A DNA stretch of 64,000 bases from Alphaproteobacteria bacterium (lineage in GTDB: Bacteria; Pseudomonadota; Alphaproteobacteria; MPNO01; UBA830), in NCBI GenBank assembly GCA_965243135.1, contig OZ251539.1:4704001-4768000 (forward strand). Reading direction: 5' to 3'. A model generated the notes under the pieces. The model ran no database searches, was not told the DNA's origin, and saw nothing but the letters and a program-made list of their open reading frames with translations. Positions 29,714 through 39,777 of the stretch are shown piece after piece; the first letter of the stretch is position 1, and every line of letters starts with the position of its first letter. The position numbers and the translations under genes are program-made.

Positions 29714-30514
29714 ATGAAGATCGGAATCATCGGAGCCGGCGGCCGCATGGGCCAGGCCTGCATCAGGCAGATAACGGAGACGCCGGGCTGCGCGGTTTCC
29801 GCGGCCTGCGACTCGCCGGAGGCGCCGGCGGTCGGACGCGACGCCGGCGAGGCGGCCGGCGTCGGGGCGCTCGGGCTGGAAGTCGGCGGAGACGCGGCCG
29901 CCGTCTTCGCCGCGTCGGAGGCGGTGATCGAGTTCACGCTCCCCGGGCCGACGGTCGCGCATGCCGCGCTCGCCGCGGAGACCGGCGTGCCCCATATCGT
30001 CGGAACGACCGGGCTGGACGCGGCGCAGGAAGAAATGCTGCGCGCGGCGGGCGAGAGCACGGTGGTGATGCACGCGCCCAACATGAGCCTCGCCGTCAAT
30101 CTTCTGTTCGCCCTCACGCGCCAGGTCGCGGCCAAGCTCGACGATTCCTTCGATATCGAGATCGTGGAGATGCACCACAGGCACAAGGTCGATGCGCCGT
30201 CCGGCACGGCGGTCGGGCTGGGCCGCGCCGCGGCGGCAGGCCGTTGCGTCCGCCTGGAAGACGTCGCGCAATGGACGCGCCGCGGCCACACGGGCGAGCG
30301 GCGGCGCGGCGACATCGGTTTCGCAGCGCTTCGCGGCGGCAACGTGGTCGGCGAACACTCGGCGATCTTCGCGGTGGACGACGAACGGCTGGAATTGACC
30401 CACAAGGCGCAGTCGCGGCAAATATTCGCGCGGGGGGCCGTGCACGCGGCGCTCTGGTCGAAGGAGCGGCCGCCCGGCTTCTATACGATGTTCGACGTGC
30501 TCGATATCGACTGA
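29714..30514 (+). CDS. dapB: 4-hydroxy-tetrahydrodipicolinate reductase
   Basis: GAGGRMG, EMHHRHKVDAPSGTA. Confidence 0.97.
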   Translation: MKIGIIGAGGRMGQACIRQITETPGCAVSAACDSPEAPAVGRDAGEAAGVGALGLEVGGDAAAVFAASEAVIEFTLPGPTVAHAALAAETGVPHIVGTTGLDAAQEEMLRAAGESTVVMHAPNMSLAVNLLFALTRQVAAKLDDSFDIEIVEMHHRHKVDAPSGTAVGLGRAAAAGRCVRLEDVAQWTRRGHTGERRRGDIGFAALRGGNVVGEHSAIFAVDDERLELTHKAQSRQIFARGAVHAALWSKERPPGFYTMFDVLDID

Positions 30515-31383
30515 GGCGCGAGCGCGCTTTCGCGCGCCTGTTCCCATCCGATCATGGCGAGTTTGCGAGCCGCGCCCCAGCGGTAGTTCGTCCTGAACGG
30601 AACTTCCGCGCGGATGACCCGATGGCACGGTATCAGCGCCGCGACGGGATTGGCTCCGACGGCCGCGCCGACGGCGCGAGCGGCCGTCGGCGCGCCGATC
30701 CCGCGGGCGATGTCGCCGTAGGTGACCAGCGCGCCCGGCGGGACGGACAAAAGAGCCGCCCAGACCCTGATCTGAAAGTTCGTGCCCTTGCACCACAGCC
30801 GCAACGTCCGGTCCGGCTCGCAGCGGCCTGGCTCGATTATGGATCGGCACAGCTCGCCGGTTGCGTCCTGCGCGGCCTCGAACCGCGCGGCGGGAAAGTC
30901 GCCGCGAATCCGCGCCAGCGGCGCTTCCGGTCCCTCGGGACCGAAGAACTGCAATCCGCAAATGCCGCGGTCGGTCGCGGCGACGACGAATTCGCCGAAC
31001 AGTCCCGCGTGCACGCCGTAGCGCACCTGAAGTCCTTCTCCCATCGCCCTGTATTCTCCCGGCGTGACGCCTTCGAAGTTGACGAACAGGTCGTGCAGGC
31101 GCGACGGGCCGGACAGTCCGGCGTCGCAGGAAGCCTCGAACGCGCTTCCGGCGCGGTCGAGGACCGTCTTGGCGTGCGAGAGCGTCAGATAACCGAGAAA
31201 CTGTTTGGGACTCACTCCGGCCCACCGCGTGAACAGGCGCTGGAAGTGATAAGGACTCAAGGCCGCCGCGTCCGCGGCCTGGTCCAGCGACGGTTGTTGG
31301 CGGAAGTTTTCGCGGAGGTAGCCGAGGGCGCGTTCGACCCGCGCATAATCCAACGCCAGCTGCGTTCCGGTCTTTTTCGGCAT
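30481..31383 (-). CDS. AraC-HTH/methylated-DNA-protein-cysteine methyltransferase (Ada-like)
   Basis: LSPYHFQRLFTRWAGVSP, GTNFQIRVW, IPCHRV. Confidence 0.9.
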   Translation of the reverse strand: MPKKTGTQLALDYARVERALGYLRENFRQQPSLDQAADAAALSPYHFQRLFTRWAGVSPKQFLGYLTLSHAKTVLDRAGSAFEASCDAGLSGPSRLHDLFVNFEGVTPGEYRAMGEGLQVRYGVHAGLFGEFVVAATDRGICGLQFFGPEGPEAPLARIRGDFPAARFEAAQDATGELCRSIIEPGRCEPDRTLRLWCKGTNFQIRVWAALLSVPPGALVTYGDIARGIGAPTAARAVGAAVGANPVAALIPCHRVIRAEVPFRTNYRWGAARKLAMIGWEQARESALAPQSISSTSNIV

Positions 31384-31487
31384 TTTCGACGTCCCTGAAT
31401 TTTTTCGCGCGGCCGCAGGAACGGCGAGAATAGGCTCCGGTTTCCCTGCGCCTATCCGAAACTTGCTCGATTTCGGGATTCCGGGGC

Positions 31488-31994
31488 TTAGCGAAGATGG
31501 ACGGGCAGGCGGCACCGCGCGAGCGCTTCCTTGAGCGCCCGGGCGAGGTCGGTTCTCTCGTCGGGCGTCAGGAAGGCGCCGATCGTCAGGCTGCGCCCGT
31601 GGCTGGACAGCACGAGGCTGCCGTCGTTCGGCGCGTCGATCCGCAGCCAGCCGGGCTGGAACCGCCAGCGCTCGACCTTTCCGGCGGGGTCGACGCGCTC
31701 GACCACCAGCGCGTCTTCCGTCAATCGCAAGGTTTCGCGCGTGCGCGCCCATCGGTAATTGGCGCGAAACGCGACGTATATCAGCGCGGCGTCGAGGCCG
31801 AAGAAACCCGTGACGGGCCAGGCGCCGGCGACCAGGAATACGGCGCCGCCGACGAAGCACACGGCGCAGACCGCGGACATGAGCAACAGGAAGCCTTGCC
31901 GGCCGAGGCTCGTATGAGGCTGCAGGACGGCGTCGAAGAGACAGGCGGCGCTTCGCGGCGCGGCGTCGCTTGCCGATGAGCGGCTCTCTTGCAT
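31488..31994 (-). CDS. DUF2244 membrane protein
   Basis: LQPHTSLGRQGF, GAWPVTGFFGLD, IGAFLTPDER; conserved neighbour of nth. Confidence 0.85.
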   Translation of the reverse strand: MQESRSSASDAAPRSAACLFDAVLQPHTSLGRQGFLLLMSAVCAVCFVGGAVFLVAGAWPVTGFFGLDAALIYVAFRANYRWARTRETLRLTEDALVVERVDPAGKVERWRFQPGWLRIDAPNDGSLVLSSHGRSLTIGAFLTPDERTDLARALKEALARCRLPVHLR

Positions 31995-32177
31995 GCGTCG
32001 AATCATAGAAATCCGTCCAGGGAAGTCAAAGCTTCGGGAGCCGTTCGGCCGGGGACCCTCCGGCGAGACGGGAGAACCGGAGACGGACCGCCGCCGCGAA
32101 CGATGCGGCGCCGCGCCGCCCGGCCGAGGCTTCCCTCGCGGCGCCGGCGCCGCTACAAGTTGCGCATGCGAGCGACC

Positions 32178-32813
32178 ATGCCTTCCCGCGACGTGGACGA
32201 GTTCTTCCGCCGTCTGTCGGCCCGAAACCCGAACCCGGCGGGCGAACTGAACCACGTCAACGAATTCACGTTGCTGGTCGCCGTCGTCCTGTCGGCGCAG
32301 GCTACGGATGCCGGCGTCAACAAGGCGACGGGGCCGTTGTTCAGGGTCGCCGACACGCCCGAGAAAATGCTGGCGCTGGGCGAAGCGAAGCTGCGCGACC
32401 ACATCAAGACGATCGGCCTTTACCGCAACAAGGCGAAGAACGTCATTGCGCTTTCGGAGATGCTGCTGTCGCGTTTCGGAGGCGCGGTGCCGCGCGCCCG
32501 CGAAGAGCTGATGACGCTGCCGGGCGTTGGGCGCAAGACGGCGAACGTCGTGTTGAACGTCGCGTTCGGCGAACCGACCATGGCGGTCGACACCCATATA
32601 TTCCGCCTCGGCAATCGCACCGGCATGGCGCCCGGCAAGACCCCCGAAGAAGTGGAGGAAGGACTCGTGCGGCGCATACCGTCGACATGGATGAGGCATG
32701 CGCATCACTGGCTGATCCTGCACGGCCGGTACGTCTGCAAAGCGCGCAAGCCCGACTGCCCGTCGTGCGAAGTCCGCGACCTGTGCAGGCACAAGGCGAA
32801 GACCGAAGGTTGA
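32178..32813 (+). CDS. nth: Endonuclease III
   Basis: LSAQATD, LPGVGRKTANVV, VDTH, CKARKPDCPSCEVRDLC. Confidence 0.96.
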   Translation: MPSRDVDEFFRRLSARNPNPAGELNHVNEFTLLVAVVLSAQATDAGVNKATGPLFRVADTPEKMLALGEAKLRDHIKTIGLYRNKAKNVIALSEMLLSRFGGAVPRAREELMTLPGVGRKTANVVLNVAFGEPTMAVDTHIFRLGNRTGMAPGKTPEEVEEGLVRRIPSTWMRHAHHWLILHGRYVCKARKPDCPSCEVRDLCRHKAKTEG

Positions 32814-32825
32814 CGCCGCCGCGCG

Positions 32826-33380
32826 ATGATTCTGCTTCGGCACGGCCAGACGATGTTCAACGTCGTATTCGGGGAAACCCGCCGCGATCCGGGCATCCAC
32901 GATCCGCCGCTGACGGAGCTCGGGCGCTCCCAGGCGCAGGATTCCGCGGAGGCGATTGCGGGCGAAGAAGTCACCCGAATCGTTTCGAGCCCTTACACTC
33001 GCGCCTTGCAGACCGCTTGGATCGTCGCCGGGCGGTTGGGCGTTCCCGTCTTCGTCGAACCGGACGTCCGGGAACGCACGGCCTTCGCGTGCGATGTCGG
33101 AACGCGCGCCAGCGAGTTGGCGGCCGGCTGGCCGACGCTCGATTTCTCGGGCGTGGACGAAATATGGTGGAACCGGCCGCACGAAACCGTGGAGGATTTT
33201 CACTTTCGCTGCGCGTCCTTTCGCCGCGCGGCGGCGGAAGCCGACGACTGGGGGTCGACCGCCGTCGTCACGCATTGGGGCGTGATCCGGTCGTTGACCG
33301 GTCGGAGGGTCGGCAACGGCGCGACCGTCCGGTGCGATCCGACGGCGCCGCATCCGCCCTTCGACGCGGCGTGGCCGTGA
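32826..33380 (+). CDS. Histidine phosphatase family protein
   Basis: LLRHGQT, SSPYTRALQTA, VTHWG. Confidence 0.85.
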   Translation: MILLRHGQTMFNVVFGETRRDPGIHDPPLTELGRSQAQDSAEAIAGEEVTRIVSSPYTRALQTAWIVAGRLGVPVFVEPDVRERTAFACDVGTRASELAAGWPTLDFSGVDEIWWNRPHETVEDFHFRCASFRRAAAEADDWGSTAVVTHWGVIRSLTGRRVGNGATVRCDPTAPHPPFDAAWP

Positions 33381-33848
33381 GCGCTTTCCGCGTCGGCGTT
33401 CCGTTGAATCTTGCGAAAAAGGAGCCGTAGGCAGCTCCCTCGACCCTGCCCGAGCTTGCTCGACGGCCGCGCGGAAAGACATGCATGGGCCGACGGCTTG
33501 GCGACGCCCTCCAGGCAGTCGGACGCTCGCGTAGAGGGCCTCGTACCTCGGGCGATTCGAGCGCCGCCGGCGCGGGACCGTCGGGACGACGAACCGCGCG
33601 AAGCGGATTCCGCGGCGGTCGATTCGTCGAGGTCCACGGGAGTCCGGAGCCGCAGGGACGCGGCGACTTCTCCCGCGAGGGACTCCGGACCTTCGGGCGT
33701 TCAGCGCGGCGGTAACGGGAGCGGTGCGTCTTTCGACGACCGTCCGTCCTCGCGGCCGGCAATCCGCCGCGAGACGTTTGCGCCCGAGCGGCGTTGTTCG
33801 GATGCGGCAACCGTGATAACCACCCTCGAAACGGGACAGGAGAACCAG

Positions 33849-34331
33849 ATGGCCGACCAACCGCCGAAGGGCAACGGTGCCAACGGCTCGGGGGCGGAGG
33901 AGGCTTCGGAGGGCGTCACTTTCGCGATCGGCGCACAGTACATTCAGGATCTGTCCTTCGAAAATCCGCGCGGCGCCGAGACCCTGGCTGCGCTCGAAGA
34001 GAGCCCGAACGTCAATATCGACGTCCGCACCAGCGCCACGGAAATGAATCCCGGCATGTACGAGGTTTCCCTGTTCATCCGTGCGGAGGCGAAGGCCGGG
34101 GACAGCACGATGTTCATCGTCGAGCTGACCTATGGCGGGCTGGTTCAGGTCGGCGGCGCTTCCGAGGAAGAAGCGAAGCCCATCGTGATGATCGAAGGCC
34201 CGCGCCATCTATTCCCGTTCGCGCGGGCGATCGTTTCGAACACCGTGCGGGACGGCGGATTCCCGCCGTTGATGGTCAATCCGATCGATTTCGCGGCGCT
34301 TTACGTGGAGCAACACGCCGACGCCGCGTAG
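33849..34331 (+). CDS. secB: Protein-export chaperone SecB
   Basis: QYIQDLSFENP, LFPFARAI, GGFPPLMVNPIDFAALY; AGGAGA SD. Confidence 0.95.
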   Translation: MADQPPKGNGANGSGAEEASEGVTFAIGAQYIQDLSFENPRGAETLAALEESPNVNIDVRTSATEMNPGMYEVSLFIRAEAKAGDSTMFIVELTYGGLVQVGGASEEEAKPIVMIEGPRHLFPFARAIVSNTVRDGGFPPLMVNPIDFAALYVEQHADAA

Positions 34332-34366
34332 GCCGGCGCGCCGGTCTGCGCGGCGTCGGTCCGAGA

Positions 34367-34396
34367 TTCCTGCCGGGAAACGTTTCCCGGCAGGAA
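34367..34396. terminator. Perfect 30-bp palindrome between convergent secB and dctP genes
   Basis: TTCCTGCCGGGAAACGTTTCCCGGCAGGAA; no clear U-tract. Confidence 0.55.
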
Positions 34397-34404
34397 CGTC
34401 GTCG

Positions 34405-35397
34405 CTACATCGTTTTTTGCGCCGCCGCTTTCAGCAGCTTGTACATCGGCGCGATCACGGGATCCTTTTCGAAAATCTCCTCGCCAAGCGGCCGCAGCTT
34501 GTCGAGGGCCGCGCGGCGCTCGGCCTCGTCGAGCCGGATCACCGTGCCGCCTTCGCCGGTCCATTTCTCCTCCCATTTGACGGTGTCGTCCCGCGACCAG
34601 TCGTTGGCGATCGGCGTCACCTCGCGGCCCACTTCCTTCAGCACGGCGCGTTCCTTGTCGGAAAGCTTCGCGAGCCATTTGGCGCTGGTCCACATCGAGG
34701 TCGGGATATAGGTGAAATGCGTGGGCGTGAGGTACTTCGCCGCGGTATAGAACTTCGACGGCCCCATCACGACGACCGCCGAACTGGCGCCGTCGAGCAC
34801 GCGGCGCTGGATCGCCGGCAGAACTTCCGAATAGGCCATCGGCGTTCCGGCCGCGCCGAGCTGCTTCATGATCGCCACCTCCATCGGCGACGCGAGCACG
34901 CGGATCTTCTTGCCCTGCACGTCGGAAAGCTTGCGCACCGGATCCCGCATCGCCAGCGCCGAAGCTCCGGCCGACACGATATACATGCCGGTCACGCCCT
35001 TGGCGGTAGCGAGATTGAGGAACTTGTCGCGGACGGTCGGATGATTGAGAGTCTTGGTCTGGTGGCCGAAACTGTCGAAAAGTCCCGGCGCGTCGGGCGC
35101 CATGAACGCCTTGTTCAGCCCGACGAAAAAGCCCGGCGGCGATATGAACGCTTCCTGCGTTCCGAGCAGAACGCCTTCGATCTGGCGCGGTATCTTGCCC
35201 AGCTGCGCCGCCGGAAAGACCTTCACCGTGATCGAGCCGCCGGTTCGTTTTTCCACTTCCTTGGCGATCCAGTTGGCGGATTTGTGCTGGCCGTCGTTGA
35301 TCGTCACGAAGCCGATCTTCATGACGGTTGCGGCGGAAGCGGATCCCAACGCCAGACTCGCTGCGAACGCCGCCGCGGTAATTGTCCCGAGCTTCAT
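34405..35397 (-). CDS. TRAP transporter substrate-binding protein (DctP family), no dctQM nearby
   Basis: Signal peptide, VFPAAQLG, GKKIRV, YSEVLPAIQRRVLDG. Confidence 0.85.
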   Translation of the reverse strand: MKLGTITAAAFAASLALGSASAATVMKIGFVTINDGQHKSANWIAKEVEKRTGGSITVKVFPAAQLGKIPRQIEGVLLGTQEAFISPPGFFVGLNKAFMAPDAPGLFDSFGHQTKTLNHPTVRDKFLNLATAKGVTGMYIVSAGASALAMRDPVRKLSDVQGKKIRVLASPMEVAIMKQLGAAGTPMAYSEVLPAIQRRVLDGASSAVVVMGPSKFYTAAKYLTPTHFTYIPTSMWTSAKWLAKLSDKERAVLKEVGREVTPIANDWSRDDTVKWEEKWTGEGGTVIRLDEAERRAALDKLRPLGEEIFEKDPVIAPMYKLLKAAAQKTM

Positions 35398-35467
35398 CGT
35401 TTCCCCCTTCAAAGGTTAGGGACGCATACTATCCCCCGAAACGCCGCCCGCGCAAATCGGTCCGTCG

Positions 35468-35860
35468 TCACGGCGCGGGCGGGAGGACCGTCCGCGCGAT
35501 GGGCGCGGGCAACGACGCCAGGAATCTCGTTCGCGAAACCAGCATGCGCGCGTGCGTGCCTCGGGCGATTTCGCGCATGCCGGCGCGCGCGAACACGTTG
35601 AAGGCGACGCGGCGGCCGGCGACCTCCGTGATCGTAGCCTCGGCGTGAAGCGCTTCTCCGGGCCGAGCGTCTCCCCAGAACCAGATGTCGTTATGAAGTC
35701 CGACGCTCGAGTCGTCCGGGCCGAAGCCGGGCGCGAGGACATTGTGCGCCGCCATCTCGCAAAGGAGATGCAGCGTCGCGGTCGACAGGCTCCCGCCGGA
35801 CATGTCGGCGTCGTCCAGCACCCTGATTTCCCATGCGGCGAGGCCGGGGCCGACGATCAT
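35468..35860 (-). CDS. Hot-dog fold thioesterase (FlK-like)
   Basis: LSTATLHLLCEMAA, SSVG, IARGTHAR. Confidence 0.65.
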   Translation of the reverse strand: MIVGPGLAAWEIRVLDDADMSGGSLSTATLHLLCEMAAHNVLAPGFGPDDSSVGLHNDIWFWGDARPGEALHAEATITEVAGRRVAFNVFARAGMREIARGTHARMLVSRTRFLASLPAPIARTVLPPAP

Positions 35861-36186
35861 GCGGCGCGCATCCGCCAGATTCGGCCGGATACGATTTCGC
35901 GCCGGGAGTCGCTGCCCGATACCGAGAAGATCAGGCGGTCGTCGCGGATCTCGATCAGTTCGGCCCGGATTTCCACCATGTCGCCCGCCGGGGTGGCGGC
36001 GAGATGCCGGAGATCCGCGCGGACGCGCCGCGTGGCGCCGTCGCAGGCCTCGCGCGCCGCCCGCTCGCAGAACTCCGCCAGGCGCGGCGTGGCGAGCACA
36101 TGTATTCCCGGATTCCCGAGAGCGTGCGCGGTGTCGGCCTCGGTTACCTCGGCTCTCCAGCAGCCGGTTCGTCCGACGTGCATCAC
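35857..36186 (-). CDS. Hot-dog fold thioesterase (FlK-like)
   Basis: DTAHALGN...VLATPRLAEFCERAA...LRHLAATPAG. Confidence 0.7.
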   Translation of the reverse strand: MMHVGRTGCWRAEVTEADTAHALGNPGIHVLATPRLAEFCERAAREACDGATRRVRADLRHLAATPAGDMVEIRAELIEIRDDRLIFSVSGSDSRREIVSGRIWRMRAA

Positions 36187-37202
36187 CCCGCCGTTCGGTA
36201 GCGATAGAGGCCGTCCGCGTCCTTGCGCCGCTCGAGCGCGCCGCCGGCGGCCAGGTAATTCAGGTGGGCCAGAGTTTCGCCGATCGCGAAGCCGTATTCG
36301 CGCGGGCCTATTTCACGGCTGAACAGGACGGGGACCACCTCGGCGGCGGACCGCGGCGCAGCGCAGGCCTTCCGGGCCGCCTCGAGACGCTCCTCGTGAT
36401 GCGCGCGCAGGTCTTCGAGCCTGCCGTGAACGCCGCGGAAGGGATAGTCGTGCGACGGCAGCGCCAGCACCTGACGAGGCAAGTGGCGGTATTTCTCGAA
36501 ACTCTCGAAATACTCGCCCAACGGATCTCCGTCGGGTTCGGTGTACCAGAGGCTGATATTCGAAGTGATGCGGGGCAAAATCTGATCCCCTGAGATCAAC
36601 ACGTTCAGTTCCGGGCACCACAGCGAGGCGTGCTCGTGCGTATGGCCGCCGCCGGTGATCACATGCCATGCGCGGCCGCCGATCGGGATTTCCTCGCCGT
36701 CCCGGATGCGTCGAACCGTCTTCGGGAGCCGGTACCAGGGTTCGCTCAGTTCGTCGCGGAACTTCCTGAAGCCGTTCGTCATTTCGGCGGGCGCGCCGTT
36801 CTCGAGGAAGAAGTCGTCCCAGAGGTCGAAGTCGTGGGTTATCGACCGGGAGTCCGCGACGTGGGCCTGAAGCCATTCCGTGTAGGTCATCCACAAGGGG
36901 GCCGCGAATTCCTCGGCGAACCAGCCGGCAAGCCCCAGGTGGTCGGGGTGGTAGTGCGTGCAGATCACGCGCGTCGGCGTCGCTCCCAGGTCCGAGAGCG
37001 CCTTCCGCCAGATGTCGCGCGACCGGACGTCGTTGTAGCCGGTGTCGACCGCGGTCCAGCCGTCGCCGTCTTCCAGCAGCCACAGATTGACGTGGTCGAG
37101 CGCGAAGGGCAGCGGCATGCGGATCCAGCGAATGCCGGGAGCGACTTCGAGATGTTGTCCGTGGTCGAGTTTCGGAAACGGGTAATCGGGTTCGTAGGCC
37201 AT
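36183..37202 (-). CDS. MBL-fold metallo-hydrolase
   Basis: MPLPFALDHVN, THYHPDHLG, GHTHEH, GDQILP. Confidence 0.88.
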   Translation of the reverse strand: MAYEPDYPFPKLDHGQHLEVAPGIRWIRMPLPFALDHVNLWLLEDGDGWTAVDTGYNDVRSRDIWRKALSDLGATPTRVICTHYHPDHLGLAGWFAEEFAAPLWMTYTEWLQAHVADSRSITHDFDLWDDFFLENGAPAEMTNGFRKFRDELSEPWYRLPKTVRRIRDGEEIPIGGRAWHVITGGGHTHEHASLWCPELNVLISGDQILPRITSNISLWYTEPDGDPLGEYFESFEKYRHLPRQVLALPSHDYPFRGVHGRLEDLRAHHEERLEAARKACAAPRSAAEVVPVLFSREIGPREYGFAIGETLAHLNYLAAGGALERRKDADGLYRYRTAG

Positions 37203-37543
37203 GACGCGCAGCAAGCGAATGATGGGGGGTTATACCAGAAAATCCGCTTGGCGGGCGCACCGTGACGATTTGGCTCGCCCTGCTGGATTGTTCCGCTCTC
37301 TCGTAATTCTTGAAAGGCGTCCGGAAAGGGCGCCGAGAACGCCGGTTTTTCCGCTCCGTTCGCGCCGATCGCGAGGTGGACGCCGGGCCGGAGCATGAAT
37401 TCGGGCGCTCTCCAAGGCCCGAAAGTTACGGAGTTCGGGTCAACGCGCGCCGGATCGAAGTCGGACGCCTGACCGGGTTGACGGCGCTGCGCCGGGCGGA
37501 CGGCAGCCGAAAAAATAGCGCAGCGCAACCGTGTCGTCCGCCG

Positions 37544-37602
37544 GGGCGGAGTTCGGCCGGGAAGAGCGCAACATCGTGGACTTCAAGTTCGAGACCGTCT
37601 GA
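37544..37602 (+). pseudogene. 3' remnant of a paralog of the downstream AAA/PD-(D/E)XK gene
   Basis: GAEFGREERNIVDFKFETV* versus GMEFGREERNIVGFEHEAA* at 39181-39240, similar at nucleotide level. Confidence 0.7.
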
Positions 37603-37713
37603 AACCGGGCGCCGCAATCGGAACTCAAGACCAGCGACGGCGGACACCGGGGCCCCCGCGGGAGGAAGCCTCGGTTCGACAACGGCCGCGCCGCAGGTTA
37701 AGCTTGCGGCGCG

Positions 37714-39240
37714 ATGAAACGCGCACTGCCCATCGGCATCCAGACTTTCCGCGAGATCCGGGAGGAAGGTCATTACTACGTCGACAAGACAGCTTACGCT
37801 TGGCGATTGACGGAAAGAGACAAGCACTACTTCCTGTCGCGACCGCGGCGTTTCGGCAAGAGCCTGTTCGTGGACACGCTGAAGGAGCTATTCGAGGGTG
37901 CCGAGCCGCTGTTCCGGGGGCTGGATATCCATGGGCGCTGGGACTGGTCGATCCGCCATCCGGTGCTGCGGATCAGTTTCGGTTCCGGCCAGCTCGGCAA
38001 CCCCGACCGGCTGCACAGGAACGCGATGATGCAGCTCGACATCGCCGAGAAGCGCGCCGGCGTCCAATGCGGCGACCCCGACGCGTCCGACCGCCTTCAT
38101 CGTCTGATCGCCGAACTGCACGAGCGCGCGGGGCGGCGCGTGGTCGTGCTCGTGGACGAATACGACAAGCCGATCCTGGACGCGCTCGGCGACCGGGAAC
38201 TGGCGCGGGCCACCCGCGACTTCCTGCGCGGCTTCTACAGCGTCGTCAAGGACTGCGACTCGCATATCCGGTTCACCTTCCTTACCGGCGTGAGCAAGTT
38301 GGCTGGCCTGTTCTCGGGCCTGAACAATCTGACCGACATCACGCTGGAGCCGGAGTTTTCGGCCATCTGCGGCTACACGGACGCGGAGCTGGACGCGGTC
38401 TTCGCCCCGGAACTCGAGGGCCTGGACCGGGACGAGATCCGCCGCTGGTACAACGGCTACAGCTGGCGGGGCGCGGAGAAACTCTACAACCCGTACGATG
38501 TCCTGCTGCTTTTCCGGCGTCGCCAGTTCGAGGCGCACTGGTTCCGGAGCGGCACGCCGACCTTCCTCGTCGACCTTTTGTCGCGGCGACGGATCGAGGC
38601 GCCGACATTGGAAGGACTTGTCGCGGATGACGATCTGCTGTCAGCCTTCGACGTCGACGACATCTCGACCGAAGCGCTTTTGTTCCAGACCGGCTACCTG
38701 ACCATCGTCGGCGAGGAGGCCGCCGCTGGCGGACGCCTGTACCGGTTGGATTACCCGAACCGCGGGGTGAAGCTCAGCCTGAACAAGCGGTTGCTGCGCG
38801 CGGCGGCGCCGGTAACTGGACAAGAGGCGACAAGGCAGGCGGAACTGGCCAGGCTGACGGCGGAGGACAATCCGGAGAAGGTGAAGGCGCTGTTCGAGGC
38901 GTTCTTCGCGAGCGTTCCTCACGACTGGCACCGGAAGAACGACCTCTACGAGGGCTATTGGGCGGCCCTCGTCTACTCGCACTTCGCGGCGGCGGGTCTG
39001 GACGTTCGGGTCGAGGAAGCGACTGTCCGCGGACGTCTGGACATGGCGGTGCTGACTCCGGGGTGCGTGCATCTGTACGAGTTCAAGGTCGTGGACCGGG
39101 GGCCGGAAGGCCGGGCGCTGGCACGGGAGCGCGGCTACGCGGACAAGTACCGGCATCTTGGGGTGCCGATCCGGTTGATCGGCATGGAGTTCGGCCGGGA
39201 GGAGCGCAACATCGTTGGATTCGAGCATGAAGCCGCTTGA
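37714..39240 (+). CDS. AAA-ATPase-like protein with C-terminal PD-(D/E)XK nuclease (DUF1703 type)
   Basis: LPIGIQTF, YVDKT, LSRPRRFGKSL, LVDEYDKP, WYNGY, GRLDM...YEFK. Confidence 0.9.
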   Translation: MKRALPIGIQTFREIREEGHYYVDKTAYAWRLTERDKHYFLSRPRRFGKSLFVDTLKELFEGAEPLFRGLDIHGRWDWSIRHPVLRISFGSGQLGNPDRLHRNAMMQLDIAEKRAGVQCGDPDASDRLHRLIAELHERAGRRVVVLVDEYDKPILDALGDRELARATRDFLRGFYSVVKDCDSHIRFTFLTGVSKLAGLFSGLNNLTDITLEPEFSAICGYTDAELDAVFAPELEGLDRDEIRRWYNGYSWRGAEKLYNPYDVLLLFRRRQFEAHWFRSGTPTFLVDLLSRRRIEAPTLEGLVADDDLLSAFDVDDISTEALLFQTGYLTIVGEEAAAGGRLYRLDYPNRGVKLSLNKRLLRAAAPVTGQEATRQAELARLTAEDNPEKVKALFEAFFASVPHDWHRKNDLYEGYWAALVYSHFAAAGLDVRVEEATVRGRLDMAVLTPGCVHLYEFKVVDRGPEGRALARERGYADKYRHLGVPIRLIGMEFGREERNIVGFEHEAA

Positions 39241-39315
39241 AGTTGCCAGCGGACGAGTTCGACGTCCCACATTTCGACGAGCGGTGGCATAATGGGACAA
39301 ACGGAGGGCTTAGAC

Positions 39316-39771
39316 ATGGCGATCGCGACATTCGGTGCGGGGTGCTTCTGGGGCGTCGAGGCGGCATTCCGCAAGCTTGATGGAGTCACCGCAACTTCGG
39401 TCGGTTACATGGGCGGAGACGTGCCGAACGTCACCTACACCATGGTTTGCACCGGCACGACAGGCCATGCCGAAGTCGTGCAGGTGGAATACGACGCCGA
39501 GCGGATATCTTACGAAGAGCTTCTGCAGGCGTTCTGGTCATGCCACGACCCATCCCAAGTGAACCGCCAGGGTCCTGACTTCGGCACGCAATATCGAACG
39601 GTGATCTTCCACCACGACGAGGCGCAAAGGGCCGTTGCGGAGGCATCGAAGCGGGCGTTGGCCGAAGCCGGGCGCAAAATCGCCACCCGGATAGAGCCTG
39701 CGGCGGATTACTGGATCGCGGAAGACTATCACCAGCAGTATTTCGAGAAGCGGCGCCGCCTGTTCGGGTAG
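39316..39771 (+). CDS. msrA: Peptide methionine sulfoxide reductase A
   Basis: GAGCFWGVE, GHAEVV, AEDYHQQY. Confidence 0.95.
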   Translation: MAIATFGAGCFWGVEAAFRKLDGVTATSVGYMGGDVPNVTYTMVCTGTTGHAEVVQVEYDAERISYEELLQAFWSCHDPSQVNRQGPDFGTQYRTVIFHHDEAQRAVAEASKRALAEAGRKIATRIEPAADYWIAEDYHQQYFEKRRRLFG

Positions 39772-39777
39772 GGGTCG

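Noticed and set aside
26480-31398. Very long alternative ORFs over dnaK/dnaJ/dapB (26559-28316 -, 26480-28543 +, 28574-31225 -, 29128-31398 +)
   Set aside because: Shadow frames of high-GC coding DNA; Arg/Pro/Gly-rich or antisense mirrors with no motifs. The same applies to most overlapping ORFs in the track.
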